In this document: in pieces, positions 13,020 to 27,406 of the stretch
Position numbering within the stretch: position 1 is the stretch's first letter
Layout of the letters: every line of letters begins with the position of its first letter
Source: Octopus vulgaris
Lineage: Eukaryota
DNA length: 64,000 nt
Assembly (NCBI GenBank): GCA_951406725.2
Contig: OX597821.1
Span: 42,036,001 to 42,100,000, forward strand
Direction of reading: 5' to 3'
Made by a program: the position numbers and the translations under genes
Notes under the pieces: generated by a model
Databases searched by the model: none
What the model saw: only the letters and a program-made list of their open reading frames with translations
Told to the model about the DNA's origin: nothing

Positions 13020-13656
13020 AAGGTGGTGGTGGTGGTGGTGGTGGTTTTGATGATAGTAGTAGTAGTAGTAGTAGTAGTACGTGGTGGTGGTGGTGATGGT
13101 GGCGGCGGTGGCAAGGACTTGCTTACCTGATGCACTTTCCTTCCATTATTGTAAGAACGGTATGTTTGTGTTAAGATTGCTGACTGTAACGAGATTTATA
13201 GCTGTCCGCCTGCATATTGGAGTAAATCGTATTTAAAACCAACAGACACACAAGACAAACTGCTTCTTTCCATGCTAAGCTGTAATAATAAGTTGGGGGA
13301 AACTGAAGGAAAATGGTTTATGGACCATAAGGCTATATTAAATACCATTAAAGTATTTCATTTCATCTATCTTAAGAGAGATTTGGGGTTCAAATCGCTA
13401 TGGTTTCGATAAACGTACCCGTATTAGACCAGAGATCGTTTTGGTCAGTCTCATATCCCTTACAAGGCAGCGACGTGATTGTCAGGTGAAGACGCCGGGT
13501 TCACAGACAGGTGGATCCGAGTTTGGGTTCACAGTTCTGAGTTAGGGTAAATGTCTTCTAATATAGCCTGGCGTAGACCACGTCGTCGGGGAGAGGAATA
13601 CGATGGACGGAAACTCCGTTTAAAACTATCTTGAATATACAAATGCATACGCGCGG

Positions 13657-13980
13657 TGAAGGTGTGTGGCCAAGTGGTAGGAGATATTCGGTTGACGATC
13701 GTAAGGTCATAGGTTCAATATCCGGTAGTTCGTTTTGTCCTTGAGCAAGACACTTTATTTCACTTTGCTTCAGTCCATTCGGATGGCAAAAATATGTTGT
13801 ACCTGTAATTCAATGGGCCAGCATTGTCGCATTTTGTGTCACACTGAATATTCCTGAGAACTACATTAAGGGCACGCATGTATGTGGAGTACTCAGCCAC
13901 TTGCACGTAAATTTCACGAGCAGGTTGTTCCATTGATCGAATCAACTGGAACCCACGTCGTCGCAACCGACGGAGGACCA
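13657..13980 (+). mobile_element. Family C-related SINE
   Basis: tRNA-like head, ccttgagcaagacact core, and the tail gccacttgcacg..caactggaaccc shared with 27905-28268. Confidence 0.75.
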
Positions 13981-14426
13981 ATAAGTTAATATACACACAC
14001 GACAGGTTTCCTCACTGTTTCCGCCGTCCAAATTAACTCACAGGACATTGTTGGGTCCGCGGCTAAAGTTGAAGACACTTATGTCACGGTGTGTGTCTGA
14101 AGCGATTGGAGATATTCGGCTGACGATCGTAAGGTCACAAGTTCGATACCCGGCAGTTCGTTCTGTCCTTGAAGCTCTCAACCCAAAACCATGCACTTAC
14201 AAAGCGAGCTTCTTAGCCACACAGTATGCACACACGCACACACCCACATACACACACGCATGCACACGCGCGCACGCGCACGCGCACGCACACACGTACA
14301 CATACACACACACACGCATGCACACAAAGACACATACACACGCGCGCGCACACAAGCACATACACACATGCACACATGCGTATACATTCACATACATACA
14401 CAAGTACACACACACATATATATATG

Positions 14427-14501
<75 letters not shown>

Positions 14502-16214
14502 ACATTGGTTGTGAATATCAGCAATATAGTTGACCCTGTAGGCTACAAACTCAGATTGACCCATTCTGTCTCGTCTAACGTTATTTCAATAGTTTGTGCT
14601 CCTTAGAGCTAACTAATTGAATACCACCAACCCCGACACACTCGTCTCTCCTCTCATCCTCCTTAGTATATCTCACTTCTCTGCCAGACCAATACTAATC
14701 GCTATGAATTCTCTTCCTCATTAGATCGTCAACTCTCTCTGGTATTGACTCACCTCCATGGCTTCCTAGAGTTGTCGATTTGCAATTATGAAATTATAAC
14801 TCCATCAATATCTCTTGCCGCAAAAGCCTAGCTGCAGACCCCACTTCTTCCTGGTTAAACCATTAGATATGGATTCCGTACATCGACACAAGATCTGAAA
14901 TTTGGAGGAAGGAAGGAAACGTCTATTATATCGACCCCAATACTTTATTTTCAAACCAAAGTAGAGTTGAATTCGGCTGGATTTGAACTCATAACGTAAA
15001 CAGCCGGAATAAATAGAAGGCCTCTTGTACGCTGTTCTTACATTTCTGTCAATCAACTGCCCTTAAACCATTGGATATTGAAAAATGATTTAAAAAACTA
15101 TTTAATACAATAAAGAATAAGCTCACCGATGAAACGAAAGGGATCTCTCTATATTTTCGCTAACTTGCAATTTCTTTTCACCGTAAAATGTTGAGTTTAA
15201 GTGCTTCTATTATCGATCGGTTTTCCACCAATTCTGTCACAACCACATCAAAGACTTAATATGCTTCTCATAGAGAAAATATAAAACGATAATCATTTTA
15301 ATGCGAGAGTTTCTCCATAGAACCTCCGTTTAACTCGGGCCTCCAAAATGTTTAACAGATGAAAGATAAACGTCCCCGAGATGGTAAGATGGTCTTTTAG
15401 TATTTTCATTGTACTGCGTGTTGCCACACTATTTGCAGCTAACTATACTATCTTGTTAATTGTTAATAGTGGAGTGACCACTGTAGTATCCTGCGTTGCC
15501 CAGTGGTTAGGGTGTTGCACCCACGAGGTCGTGGTTTCAATTCTTGGACAGGGTGGTGCGTTGCGTTCTTGAACAAAACACTTCATCTCACGCTGATCTG
15601 CAATCACCTCGACACCTGACGTGTGGCAGTCTTGTGCACCTGTTCAGACAACATCGGTTCGATGGAAGGAGTGAGTTAATTATCCAGCTCAAGCACTTGA
15701 TCGCTATAAACAAATCCATTGTACAGATTGTTCAGTAAGAAATTGCAGAACCGTTTTTCTCGGACTACAAGAAACTACAAAAATCTTGTATGTGAAGGGT
15801 CATGGTTTAGTGTTGGGGTGTTCGGCTCGCAATCATAACATCATGGATTCAATCCCAGAATCGGGTTTCCCATTGTGTTCTTGAGCAATGCACTTCACTT
15901 CATGCAGTTATTTTTCATGTTGTTGTTTTTTTTTTCTAGTTTATCTCTTGTATTTTTTTCTTTTGGAATTTTGCGTCCTTAGTTATTTTGTGCCCAGAGC
16001 AACCGTTCCTGCGGCTCTGTCAATACTACAAACACTGACTATATGATAGGTGGGTTGATTTTGTATTCCGGTTTCGATTCTAAATTGAAATCCCTTCACA
16101 TCATTTTTGTTGATAATATAATTGAAAAAGGAAAGGCATGAATGTCTTCGTGCTTCTTTTAGTTTATAAATGTGAATGCTTATGCATTGTGAAAAGAAAT
16201 CAATGAAGTAGGAA

Positions 16215-16742
16215 GGAAAAATGAAAGAGAGAGAGAGAGAGAGAGAATGGGAGGGAGGTGAAGAGAGAGAAAGAGAGACAATGCGAGAGGGGGGAAAGGA
16301 GAAAGAGGAGGTTAGAGAGGAAGTGAAGAAGAGAAAGGGGGAAGCAGAGAAAGACGGAGACAGGAAGGGCGTGAGAGAAGTTGGGAGAGGAAGGGAGAGA
16401 GATGCAGAGAGAGAGAGAGAGAGAGGCAAAGAGGGAAAGAGAAACTGGGAGAAAGAAAGAGATAGAGGATAGAATAGAGAAGACAGAGAGAGAGGGGGAG
16501 GGACGTAAAGAGAGAGAAAGAGAGACAGTACGAGAGGGAGAGAAGGAGGAAGAGGAAGGGAGAGGCAGAGAAAAGGAGTGAGAGAAGTGGAGAGAGGAAG
16601 GGAGAGATGCAGAGAGAGAGAAACAAAGAGGGAAAGAGAAATTGGAAGAAAGAAAAAGAAACATAGAGGGTAAAAGAGAGAGAAGAGAGAGAGAGAGTGA
16701 GAAAGGACAGAGAGAAGGCAAAGAGAGAGAGAGAGGAGGAAG
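16215..16742 (+). repeat. Polypurine (GA-rich) tract with internal tandem duplication
   Basis: Almost entirely A/G; blocks such as gtgagagaagt..ggaagggaga..gatgcagagag and caaagagggaaagagaaa occur twice. Confidence 0.85.
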
Positions 16743-17109
16743 TAATCGATGATATATTCAAATCCAGATGGAAGTTCGTGTCGGCGATTTTATAAGTGGA
16801 TAGACAAATCGTTTGGAATATTTCTGCAAGAATAACGAGACTTTTATTTACTCAGAGAATCTACTTGGCTAATATAGATGAGAAAATTATTTATGTCTTT
16901 AATGTGGCTCCAGTGAATGTAACAGATTATATAAGGAATTCGATTCCAAAGTTCACCTAACGAATTACATCAAGAATTATATTTAACTGTGGTATTCCTA
17001 CTTTAAGTGCTGCTGCAATAAAAATACCATTCCGTAGAACTGGTTTTACAGTTTTATGGAATACGGAAAACTATATCTGCAGTGACTTCTAAAGGAAAAC
17101 ACTCTAGAA

Positions 17110-17169
<60 letters not shown>

Positions 17170-17172
<3 letters not shown>

Positions 17173-17382
17173 GTTTCAAATTTTGGCACAAGGTCAGCAT
17201 GATCGGGGGAAGGTGGGAATCGATTACATCGACCCCCAGAGCTCAACTGGTACTTATTTGATCGACCTCGAAAGGATGAAAGGCTAAGTTGACCTCGGCA
17301 GAATTTGAACTCAGAACTTCAAGACGGACAAAATGCCGTTGAACCATTTTGCCCGGCGTGCTAACGGTTCTGCCGCCAGCTC
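17170..17382 (-). mobile_element. Family A SINE
   Basis: Family A body following a (TAA)n tract. Confidence 0.8.
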
Positions 17383-17425
17383 GAGCGCGATGCGATTTGT
17401 AATAGATTGTTTATTTAGTGGTTTT

Positions 17426-17462
17426 AACGATATTTCAACAGATCGTCTGCCTTCTTCGGGTT
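17426..17462 (-). ncRNA. Minimal hammerhead motif (CCGAAGA variant)
   Basis: aac-CCGAAGA-A-GGCAGA-cga-TCTGTT-GAAA-TATC-gtt; palindromic ATAT stem III and AUC triplet. Confidence 0.55.
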
Positions 17463-17939
17463 TCAAAATGTAAAATGAAGACTGTCGCATCGCGCTCTTT
17501 TTATTGCTTATTGGCCTTCGTCAAAAGTTACGTCAATCGTTAGAAAAAGAAGAAGAAGAAGAAGAAGAAGAAGAAGAAGAAGAAGAAGAAGAAGAAGAAG
17601 AAGAAGAAGAAGAAGAAGAAGAAGAAGAAGAAGGGTGGAGGAGGAGGAGGAGGAGGAGGGGGGAGGAGGAGGGGAGGAACAGGAGGAGGAACTGCAATGG
17701 TTGTGCCTACGATAATTGCTGCATTTAGAAAGAGCTGTAAAGGTCGTGCCTGTAATATTTGGTGCATCGGGGAACTGTAAGCAAAGATATACTTTTCTAC
17801 TCTACAAACAAGGCCCGAAATTTTTGTGGAGGGGGGGAGGGCAGTCGAATAGATCGACCCCAGGACGCAACTGGTACTTAATTTTATCGACCTAGAAAGG
17901 ATGAAAGGCAAAGTCGACCTCTGCGGAATTTGAAATGTA

Positions 17940-18086
17940 AGCAGAGATATAGAGAAATGGTTGAAGGAGATCGGAATAGAATGTCTTGTAGAGTTTCTCC
18001 AGAAAGTTTACCTCTTAGAGACAGGAAAGATTACCAGGAGGGTGTTAAGCGTTTGAAAGACTATTGACAGCTATTGGATACCTAAG
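17940..18086 (+). mobile_element. R4/Dong-type LINE 3' fragment (old subfamily)
   Basis: DIEKWLKEIGIECLVEFLQKV..LETGK; nucleotide match to 19785-19920. Confidence 0.65.
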
Positions 18087-18093
18087 AAATACC

Positions 18094-18324
18094 TATTTCT
18101 TTACTACCCACAAGGGGATAAACACAGAGAGGACAAACAAGGACAGACAAACAGGTTAAGTCGATTATATCGACCCCAGTGCGTAACTGGTACTTATTTA
18201 ATCGACCCTGAAAGGATGAAAGGCAAAGTCGACCTCGGCGGAATTTGAACTCAGAGCGCAGCGGCAGACGAAATGTCAGAAAGCATTTCGCCCGGCGTGC
18301 TAACGTTTCTGCCGGCTTGCCGCC
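18094..18324 (-). mobile_element. Family A SINE
   Basis: Complete head, body and aagaaata tail. Confidence 0.9.
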
Positions 18325-18388
<64 letters not shown>

Positions 18389-18390
<2 letters not shown>

Positions 18391-18830
18391 CACAGATAGA
18401 GAAATTAAGGCCAACAGACCAGATATAGTTGTCAGAGATCATGAAGAAAAAAAATGCTTTCTAATTGATGTATCAATACCGGCTGATGACAACGTGTCTC
18501 TAAAAGAAATGGAGAAACTCTCAAAATACAAAGACCTGGAAATAGAGGTAACTAGAATGTGGATTTTGAAAACAGAAACAATTCCTATCATAGTAGGTGC
18601 ATTAGGCATGATAAAAAAATATTCAGACAAATACATAACAAAAACACCAGGACTTACAAACACATATAACATACAGAAAATTGCACTACTAGGCACTGCA
18701 CACATCCTACGCAGAACACTTTCCATACAATAACCATCAGAGCATCACAACAAATCACAGCACATACCCAAGGCACACAGAGCTGCGCTCGGTAGTGAAG
18801 TGAAAGCACGCTATAAAAATAAAACTACTG
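18389..18830 (+). mobile_element. R4/Dong-clade LINE 3' fragment (restriction-like endonuclease), young
   Basis: Open frame RPDIVVRD..CFLIDVSIP..KLSKYKDL..IPIIVGALG..LLGTAHILRRTLSIQ* (PD..D REL domain), stop at 18731-33; (TAA)n on both sides. Confidence 0.9.
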
Positions 18831-18849
18831 AATAATAATAATGATAATA

Positions 18850-18939
<90 letters not shown>

Positions 18940-20000
18940 GTGAGACCTGGGTGGAAGAGGTTTAATAGCAGTAGAATAATGTGTACAGGTGGAAAGAAAA
19001 AGTCTAGTAGAGTATTTACAGAGCAGAACAGAAAAACTACTAAAGACAGTGAATAAAAAACAGGTGATGAAGTGTGTAATGGGGGGAAAAAGGACAAGAA
19101 TGAAATACAATAAAATACAATAAAGAGAGCACGTCAGACAGGTCGAAGTGAAACTTCTGCATTTCCAATTTTGGAGAGCCACTGAAGAAGATGCATGTGG
19201 GGCAAAATCCTGGGCTTTGTTAAAAAAAAGGGGTAATTAAAAAACAGAAACAGAGAGCCTAATTGTAGCAGCCTAAGATCAAGCGATAGAAACAAACAAC
19301 TTGAGAAAAAATATATATGGAGAGAAAGTGTCAGAAAAATGTAAAGCCTGTCGAACTTGGAACGAGACAGTGGCACACATTGTGGAAGAATGTGCCAAGG
19401 TGGCACAATAAGAACATAAGAAATCTAGGCACGACCAGGTTGTGAAAGTTTTACACGGGAAACTGTGCCAGAAACGGTGATTTGAAGCTGGAAACACATG
19501 GTACAATCATTGAGTCGAAAGAGAATTGGAGTCGGAGAAATGTAAGATTATGAGGGGACTTTCCTATTCAAACGGACAAGAAGTTGGAAAATGATAAACT
19601 AGACATAACAATTATAGATAAGGAAAAGCAAAGTTACTTACTTATCGACCCATCATGTCTGTTTGATTCCAGGATTGTAAAGAAAGAGGACGAAAAACAA
19701 AAAAATACAATCCCTTAAAATCTGAAATAAGAAGAATTTGGAGCAAGCGAACAGTAAAGGTTGGTGTGTTGGAGTCAGTTATCCAAGATATAGACAAATG
19801 GCTAAAGGAGATTGGAATAGAATACTCGGTAGAGCTCCTACAGAAAGTTTGTCTCTTAGAGATTGCAAGGAGGGTTCTAAGCACTCGAAAGACTGCTGAA
19901 AAAACGTGTGGATACCTAAGGTTACAGGTTGTGGATGCCTAAGGTTACTACCCACATAATTCCCACCAGGAATAAGACCGAACCTGAGCCAAACCAAAAT
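18940..20000 (+). mobile_element. R4/Dong-clade LINE 3' fragment, decayed (zinc knuckle plus REL domain)
   Basis: Frameshifted motifs ETE..IVAA.DQAI, C..C..TVAHIV..C, RHDQV, DFPIQTDK, LID; begins after (TAA)n. Confidence 0.8.
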
Positions 20001-21094
20001 AACGATGATGATGATGATGATCTGTTGCCTGTCGTACCGTTCTTATTTCGGAGATATATTCATTATTATTGTAACCAATGAAGACAATTCTAAAATCATT
20101 TTTTCTGGACGTAATTTATCTCTGACATTTTACTTTTAAGTAAAACTGACCCTAATTAACCTCAGCTAACCAGTTAAGATACATTCTAGCTACAATTTTT
20201 CTGAACGAGCTTCATCAATCAGCTTCTCAGTTATGGCTCAAACATGACCCGCTCTAACACGCTATAGTAGTGACCGTGCCTTGCGGAAAAAAAGATATGT
20301 TATGATTATATATTTAAGATTTCTTCTGATTTAAATATACAACACTGGTATATAATTTGTAAAGAAAATTCAAAATGGAACATGGAAACGATTGATGGAA
20401 AAAGAACGAAGAACAAAGAAACATGGAAATCCTCTCGTCAGCCATGAAAACCCAGGCTAAAAGCGCAGTTTCGACACTTTAATATTCGAATCCCTTAAAT
20501 TCCACGGTGCTGCTCGTCTGCTTGTGCCAATGATACAGAGAATATCACTGAGGTGATGGAAAAACAAGGACAAACGCGAGAAAGGGAACAAATATACATG
20601 GTCACGAAATGAAACATTAAGACAGGATCCAACAGTAGAACATTAAGACAGGATCCCTCGGTAGAACAGAGGGACGTTATATAAAATACCCGGGGAGGTA
20701 TTTGTTCGGGCACTTTTCATTCTAAGTTCAAACCTCGTCGAGGTCAACTTTGCCTTTCATCCTTCCGAGGTCAACTTTGCCTTTCATCCTTCCGAGGTCA
20801 ATAAAATAAAGTACCAGTCATGTACTGGAGGTCGATGGTATTGACTTACACCCCCCCCACCAAAATCACTGGTCTTGGACCTAAATCAGACACCATCTCA
20901 AAAGGTGGTCAGCTGGTAGAATCGGGAGGGTATCGAATAAAATGTCCTACAGTATTTCTTCTATGTCGTTACGTTCTGAGCTCAAAACCCGCCCGTGTCC
21001 AATTTTGCCTTTCATCCTTTCTCTTTCTCTTCCTTTTCAACTAATTATCTAACCACATAACAGCAATTCCTTTCTCCAAGCTCTTACCACTTAC

Positions 21095-21133
<39 letters not shown>

Positions 21134-21207
21134 GTCGCTTCTTCTTTCAACTAACCACGTGACAGCTTCACGCATGTAGCTTTAGCATACTAATTGTAGG
21201 GATATAA

Positions 21208-21420
21208 GGCGGTGAGCTGGCAGAATTGTTAGCGCGCTGGGCGAAATGCTTAGCGGTATTTCGCCCGTCGCTACGTTCTGATTTCAAATTAGGCCGAGGT
21301 CGACTTTGCCTTTCATCCTTTCGGTGTTGAAAAACTAAGTACCAGTTGAGTCCTGGGGTTGGTGCAATCAACTATCACCCTCCCCCAAATTTCAGCCCTT
21401 GTGACTATAATAGAAAGGAC
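21208..21420 (+). mobile_element. Family A SINE (within a cluster spanning about 20720-21790)
   Basis: Head ggcggtgagctggcagaattgttagc plus family A body; further diverged copies on both sides. Confidence 0.8.
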
Positions 21421-22083
21421 ATTAGTTGTAGGGATATTAACTGTAACCTTGTCATCAACCAAATGTACAACGACCATTTTGCTTTGGTTCGATACTGATC
21501 CCTTTAGCAAATGGGTCTACATAATACAAAGCAAATGCCTCTGCAGATCTAGATTTGATGCTGTCTATCAATTGCCAATGTACTGGCAACTTAATGGTTT
21601 CAAATTTTAGCACGAGGCCAGCAATTTCAGGAGAGTGGTAAGGCGATTACATCAACCCCAGTACACAACTGGTACTTATTTTATCAACCCTGAAAGGATG
21701 AAAGGCAAAGGTAACCGCAGAGCGTAAGAACGGGCGAAATGCCGCTAAGCATTTTGTCTGATGCGCTAACGATTCTGCCTGCTCGTTGCCTGGAAACCAA
21801 ACTTCAACGATTGTAACATTTGATGATTCTATCTTTTGAAGCTTGTCAGAAAAATCTACGGAGCAGATGCTAACCCCAGTTTGCGTAGCGTTGAGTTTAT
21901 GAGTGGTTAGTTTCTTCCATGATAAATAACTAGTTTATTCCAAGGAACTTTTATCCACCGAATTCAATAATGCGAACTTTGTAAATGCTTGATAACATCA
22001 GTGCTGCCACGGCTTACAACAGCGAATTATTTCCTAATGCGGCATCGATTAAGAGCCGTGTAGACTCAGTCGGTGAGATTTAA

Positions 22084-22299
22084 CCTTTTAGCATTCAGAT
22101 TATTCTGTCAAATGCAATGTTTATTTATTCACATTGCCTTGAATGAATCATGCATTAACTCGTAGCTTCGAAATTTCGATCACATGATCGTTTTTAGAAT
22201 GACATTGTAGGGTATGTGTGAGAGGCTGGATCTGGTTGGTTTGAACATAAAACATGTTGAATATTTGGGTCAGATATGGCTGGTTTAAATGCCAAAGGG
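22084..22299. mobile_element. piggyBac-like (TTAA) MITE
   Basis: TTAA at 22080-83 and 22300-03; TIR ccttttagcatt / aatgccaaaggg. Confidence 0.75.
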
Positions 22300-22931
22300 T
22301 TAAGTGATTTAACCGTGATATAAGAAAGATAATGCTCGCTTGATCATCCAGTTGTCCGAGCTACCCCCATCGGGGAAGAGAGACAATCCATTTAATTTAT
22401 TTAGTGTTGTAAGACAGTTGAAAGTAACAAAGCTTCTTGTTCGTAATATAAATCGACTGGAATCGATAACTATGTTAACTTGTTAAATTAATGACAAAAA
22501 TAACCAACTCCAGAATAGATTTGATCAACATTGAAGGAACAACGGTAAATTTAAAGCACTATTCTTGTATACTGAAATGATTTGATACAAATAAGTCGAC
22601 ATTTTTCAGGCTATTTTTCTCGAATGTAAGAACACAAATAAAAAGCATATTAGCTAAACTACATTCATTCTACTTCACTAACGATATACTTTTGAATCTA
22701 TATTCAAACTCACAGCGACAATTTGAAACCAAAATTCCTTCAATTTTTGTATATAAAGAATGTAATCAATAATCACTGTTATGTTTGTTACACTTGAATA
22801 TATCGAAAAAATATACGGAAAAAGTCGTAGGGTACAAGTTTCTTTTTCCTGAATTCGTTAAACACAAGACTTCACATTACTTCTGCAGTATCTTATCTAC
22901 ATCATCCCCAATAAAATTATCGGTTCAACAA

Positions 22932-23100
22932 CCGTATTTATTCGTGTATAAGTCTCGCCTCTAATTTAGTGTTAAATCATTCTACGAAACTAATCCCCTT
23001 CATAATTTTAGTTTTGTCCCGTGAATAAGTCGTTTGGTGGGTAGGGGTTTCTGTTAAAATCAAATCTAAAATACTGCAACTTATACATGAGTAAATATAG
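22932..23100. mobile_element. Tc1/mariner-pogo-type MITE
   Basis: TIR ccgtatttattcgtgtataagt / acttatacatgagtaaatatag followed by TA. Confidence 0.7.
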
Positions 23101-23274
23101 TATTTAAAATAGGACTTTGTGTTTCAATTGAACGGGAGTGGGGCTGGAATATCTTCTGAGAGGTTATATTTTGTCTGAACCCCATATATACGAAACCAGT
23201 GAGATCTTTTGACTGTGATTACAAACTGAGTTGAACACGGCACTGCAGTGTCTTACAGTACTTCACTCAATACC

Positions 23275-23506
23275 TATTTTTTTTACTACCCACAAGGGGC
23301 TAAACACAGAGAGGACAAACAAGGACAGACAAACGGGTTAAGTCGATTATATCGACCCCAGTGCGTAACTGGTACTTAATTTATCGACCCCGAAAGGATG
23401 AAAGGCAAAGTCGACCTCGGCGGAATTTGAACTCAGAACGTAACGGCAGACGAAATACCGCTGAGCATTTCGCCCGGCGTGCTAACGATTCTACCAACTC
23501 GCCGCC
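23275..23506 (-). mobile_element. Family A SINE monomer with TSD
   Basis: TSD tacttcactcaatacc at 23259-74 and 23510-25. Confidence 0.92.
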
Positions 23507-24235
23507 TTATACTTCACTCAATACCGTCTTAAGGCATAGCCAGACTAAGCAATTGTCCAGGGGCCCAATTCTAATCTGAGCATGCTATGGTCTGCTGTCA
23601 ATAATTGAATATTATAGGACCCGGTACACTGCCTATGATGACTGCATTGACTTCACCGTTACGAGGTCTGTTTATTGTTTATCAGCTGGGTTGGGATTAA
23701 ACCCTTCTAACAGAATATGGCGTATCGTTCTTTTCCGTTGATCGCCCAGAACCATATCAGCCTGGCAACCTTCACCTCTTGTAAAAGAGAGTTCCGAGCA
23801 TTTGTTAACCTGAAAGATGAGGGGTTAATCTGCATAAGCAATTGAAAGTTATTTTGTAATCTTTATCGAAACAAGTGACATTCCTAAAGAGGAATGTGTG
23901 AAATGCCAGGCAGAAAATAGCAAAGTTTACTGATTATGATGGTAACAATAGTATTGTTTGTCCAAACAAATAGTTTTTGACTGCAGTGATAATTGTACAA
24001 AAGTGGACCGATTCCAGTGACACTGGCAGAGCGATATTTACAGAGTGAATAGTTGAAATTTAGACGTTGTTTGTCCAAACTAAGACATGAAATTTTATTA
24101 GTTGCACCGACACAACAAACAAAACGTTTGATTAAATATTAAACACGGGGAGATCATATGACAATGTTGGTGAGTATTTATAACAATACTCTCGACAGTA
24201 ACTTCATTATATTCTCAATTTAGACACAACAAAAT

Positions 24236-24798
24236 GGCGGCGAGCTGGCAGAAACGTTAGCACGCCGGGCGAAATGCCTAGCGGTATTTCGTCTGCCGCT
24301 ACGTTCTGAGTTCAAATTCCGCCGAGATTGACTTTGCCTTTCATCCTTTCGGGGTCGATTAAATAAGTACCAGTTACGCACTGGGTTCGATATAATCGAC
24401 TTAATCCGTTTGTCTGTCCTTGTTTGTCCTCTCTGTGTTTAGCCCCTTGTGGGTAGTAAAGAAATAGGTATTTCGTCTGCCGCTACGTTCTGAGTTCAAA
24501 TTCCGCCGAGGTCGACTTTGCCTTTCATCCTTTCGGGGTCGATTAAATAAGTACCAGTTACGCACTGGGATCGATATAATCGACTTAATCCGTTTGTCTG
24601 TCCTTGTTTGTCCCCTCTGTGTTTAGCCCCTTGTGGGTAGTAAAAAAATAGATATTGCGTCTGTCTTTACGTTCTGAGTTCAAATTCCGCCTAGTTCGAC
24701 TTTGCCTTTCATCCTTTCGGGATCGATAAATTAAGTACCAGTCGCGTACTAGGATCGATCAAATCGAATGGCCCCCCTTCCCCAAAATTTCGGGCCTG
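24236..24798 (+). mobile_element. Family A SINE trimer
   Basis: One head and three units; the last unit ends in the alternative ccccaaaatttcgggcct tail. Confidence 0.9.
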
Positions 24799-25038
24799 TC
24801 ACGAACTGATTTGATTGTGGGATCGATCTGGTACTGGACAATGATTCTGGATTACTTTTCCTGTTTTTTTAATTTAATTTTTGAGAGCAGTCGGGTTCAC
24901 TTTTAGTATTCTTGTTTGTGACAGCAGTCAAGTTTATTTCAGATATTTTCATTCTAAAAATCATCTCCGGTTAATCGTTGTGAAAACATTGGTGTTACCT
25001 TGGCGGATGTTTGCGCTCTCTGAGTGCTCTTGTTACTA

Positions 25039-25125
<87 letters not shown>

Positions 25126-25819
25126 TTGTTGTTGTTGTTGTTGTTATTATTATTATTAATATTAGGTTTTTGGTTAGATCTATTTACCCTCTAATTTCAT
25201 ATACCACCGAAATCGACTTTGCCTTCAACCCATCCCATCTAAAATCGATAAATATATAGCAGTGAACTGCTGGGATGGATTAATAAATATATCTATAATG
25301 AGTATGTAACTGTCGGCGCTTAACTGTTTGTCCTATTTTATACCTATTCATAGCTAGGTCGACTGACTTCATCTGAACTGAGACAAAAATTATCAGCTTC
25401 TTTTTGTAATAAACCAATTCTTGTGAGTATTCTTTTTAGATTTGTACATAGGCCACATATATATCATAATATATCTCACATATAAAAAATATTTAAGCGT
25501 ATCTCCCCACTCTTATTATGCTTCTGTTACTGACAGAGTCTTGATGTGCCCTGATTGAAGTGAGACGACAGCATCAGTGTAAGCAAAAGTAGAGGGGTTA
25601 ATTGTTGTGCGCAACAGAAGCATTGCTAGATGTGCATTGCTGCCTTGTAGGACTTCGTCCATAGCAAGTATCAACTGGCAAATGTATACCAAAACAAAAT
25701 CCGTCAGTACCGATATAAGAAAATAGCGCAATTAGCCGGCCGGCTGAATAAAAATTCGAAATATGCAACGGTGGCAGAATTAGATTAAAATAACTGCTGG
25801 ACAATTTTCAACTACAATA

Positions 25820-26012
25820 GGCGCAGGCGTGGCTGTGTTGTAAGAAGTTTGCTTCCCAAACATAACATTCCGGGTTCAGTCCCACTGCATGGCGCCTGGG
25901 TAAGTGTTTCTACTATAGCTTCGGGCCGACCAAAGCCTTGTGAGTGGATTTGGCAGACGGAAACTGAAAGAAGCCTATCGTATATATGTGCCTATGTGTG
26001 TGTGTCTGTGTA
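25820..26012 (+). mobile_element. Family B SINE (5' half)
   Basis: ggcgcaggcgtggctgtgttgtaag head and family B body. Confidence 0.8.
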
Positions 26013-26023
26013 TTCGTGTCACA

Positions 26024-26072
<49 letters not shown>

Positions 26073-27002
26073 TATTGTTCTGGCCAGCTGCAGCTCTATG
26101 ACTCATTTAACCATACTTAACGTGGACTAGAAACCTCGAAAGAAAAATGAAAGAAATGGAGAAGCGTGGGCAGAGAGGAATACATTTCTACTTAAATCTG
26201 TTTATGGAGAGAGATAAGAAGAAGAGAAGTGAACAAAACTGAGGCTGAGGAAAAAAGGAAAGGAACGAGCGGAAGAAGAAGAAGAAGAAGAAGAAGAAGA
26301 AGAAGAAGAAGAAGAAGAAGAAGAAGAAGAAGAAGAAGAAGAAGAAGAAGAAGGAGAGAAAGAAAGAAACAAAGAAAGAATGAAAAAAGAAAGAGAAGAA
26401 TAAGAACGAAACAGACGGGAGGTGGAGGAAAACCAGAGGAAGGAAACGACTATAGATTTTGCAGATGAAAAGGAAACAGGAAGTAATGAAATAGGGACAA
26501 CAGGAAGTGAAAGGTAATTGTAATGGTGATGGTGATGATGATGACGATGATGACGATGAGGATGCGGATGAAGATGATGATGACGACGACGACGATGGTG
26601 ATAATGATGATATTAGTGAGGAGGAGGAGGAGGAGGAGGTGGTGGAGGGGTGGAGGATAATGATCGTGATCATAGTCGTCGTCGTCGTTATCATCGTTAC
26701 CATTATCAGCATCAGCATCAGCATCAAGAACTCTAAGAAAGACCTATTCGATTCCAAAAGATTCGCAGGCAATAGCGATGGTGGCGTTGAGAGGAAACCA
26801 TATGCTCTCCGTTCTGATCTGCCTGGGTCAATGATATCTTCTAAATTCCATTTAGACTGTGCTCTGTCCACACTCACACCTACTCTTACCGTTTTATTTT
26901 GGGAAGGAATGACCAAACTCATTTCTACGCAACTGACTCCGCTAAAGAGTCCATTACATCACAGATTAGTTCTAACGTTTGCTCTACACTCCTGTTATAG
27001 TG

Positions 27003-27264
<262 letters not shown>

Positions 27265-27311
27265 TGTAGACGATCCTTAATTCAAATCTAAGTTGATACA
27301 AAACCTATATA

Positions 27312-27406
27312 AATTCTACAAATTGTTTCGGAGTCTTAATTAATTCCAAAGACAAAAAAACGAAAAATTCTTCATGAAATAAAGATTAGATTCTTCGTTA
27401 TGAATT
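27312..27406 (-). ncRNA. Decayed hammerhead motif with long stem II
   Basis: aattc-(ataacga)-agaatct..agactcc-GAAA-CAATTTG-TA-gaatt: stems I and III retained, CUGA box mutated. Confidence 0.4.

Noticed and set aside
15126-15150. CCGATGA..GAAA hammerhead-like string
   Set aside because: No stem II and no stem I pairing.
15321-15383. Plus-strand AG..GT 63-nt candidate exon
   Set aside because: Stops in all three frames and no supporting neighbouring exons.
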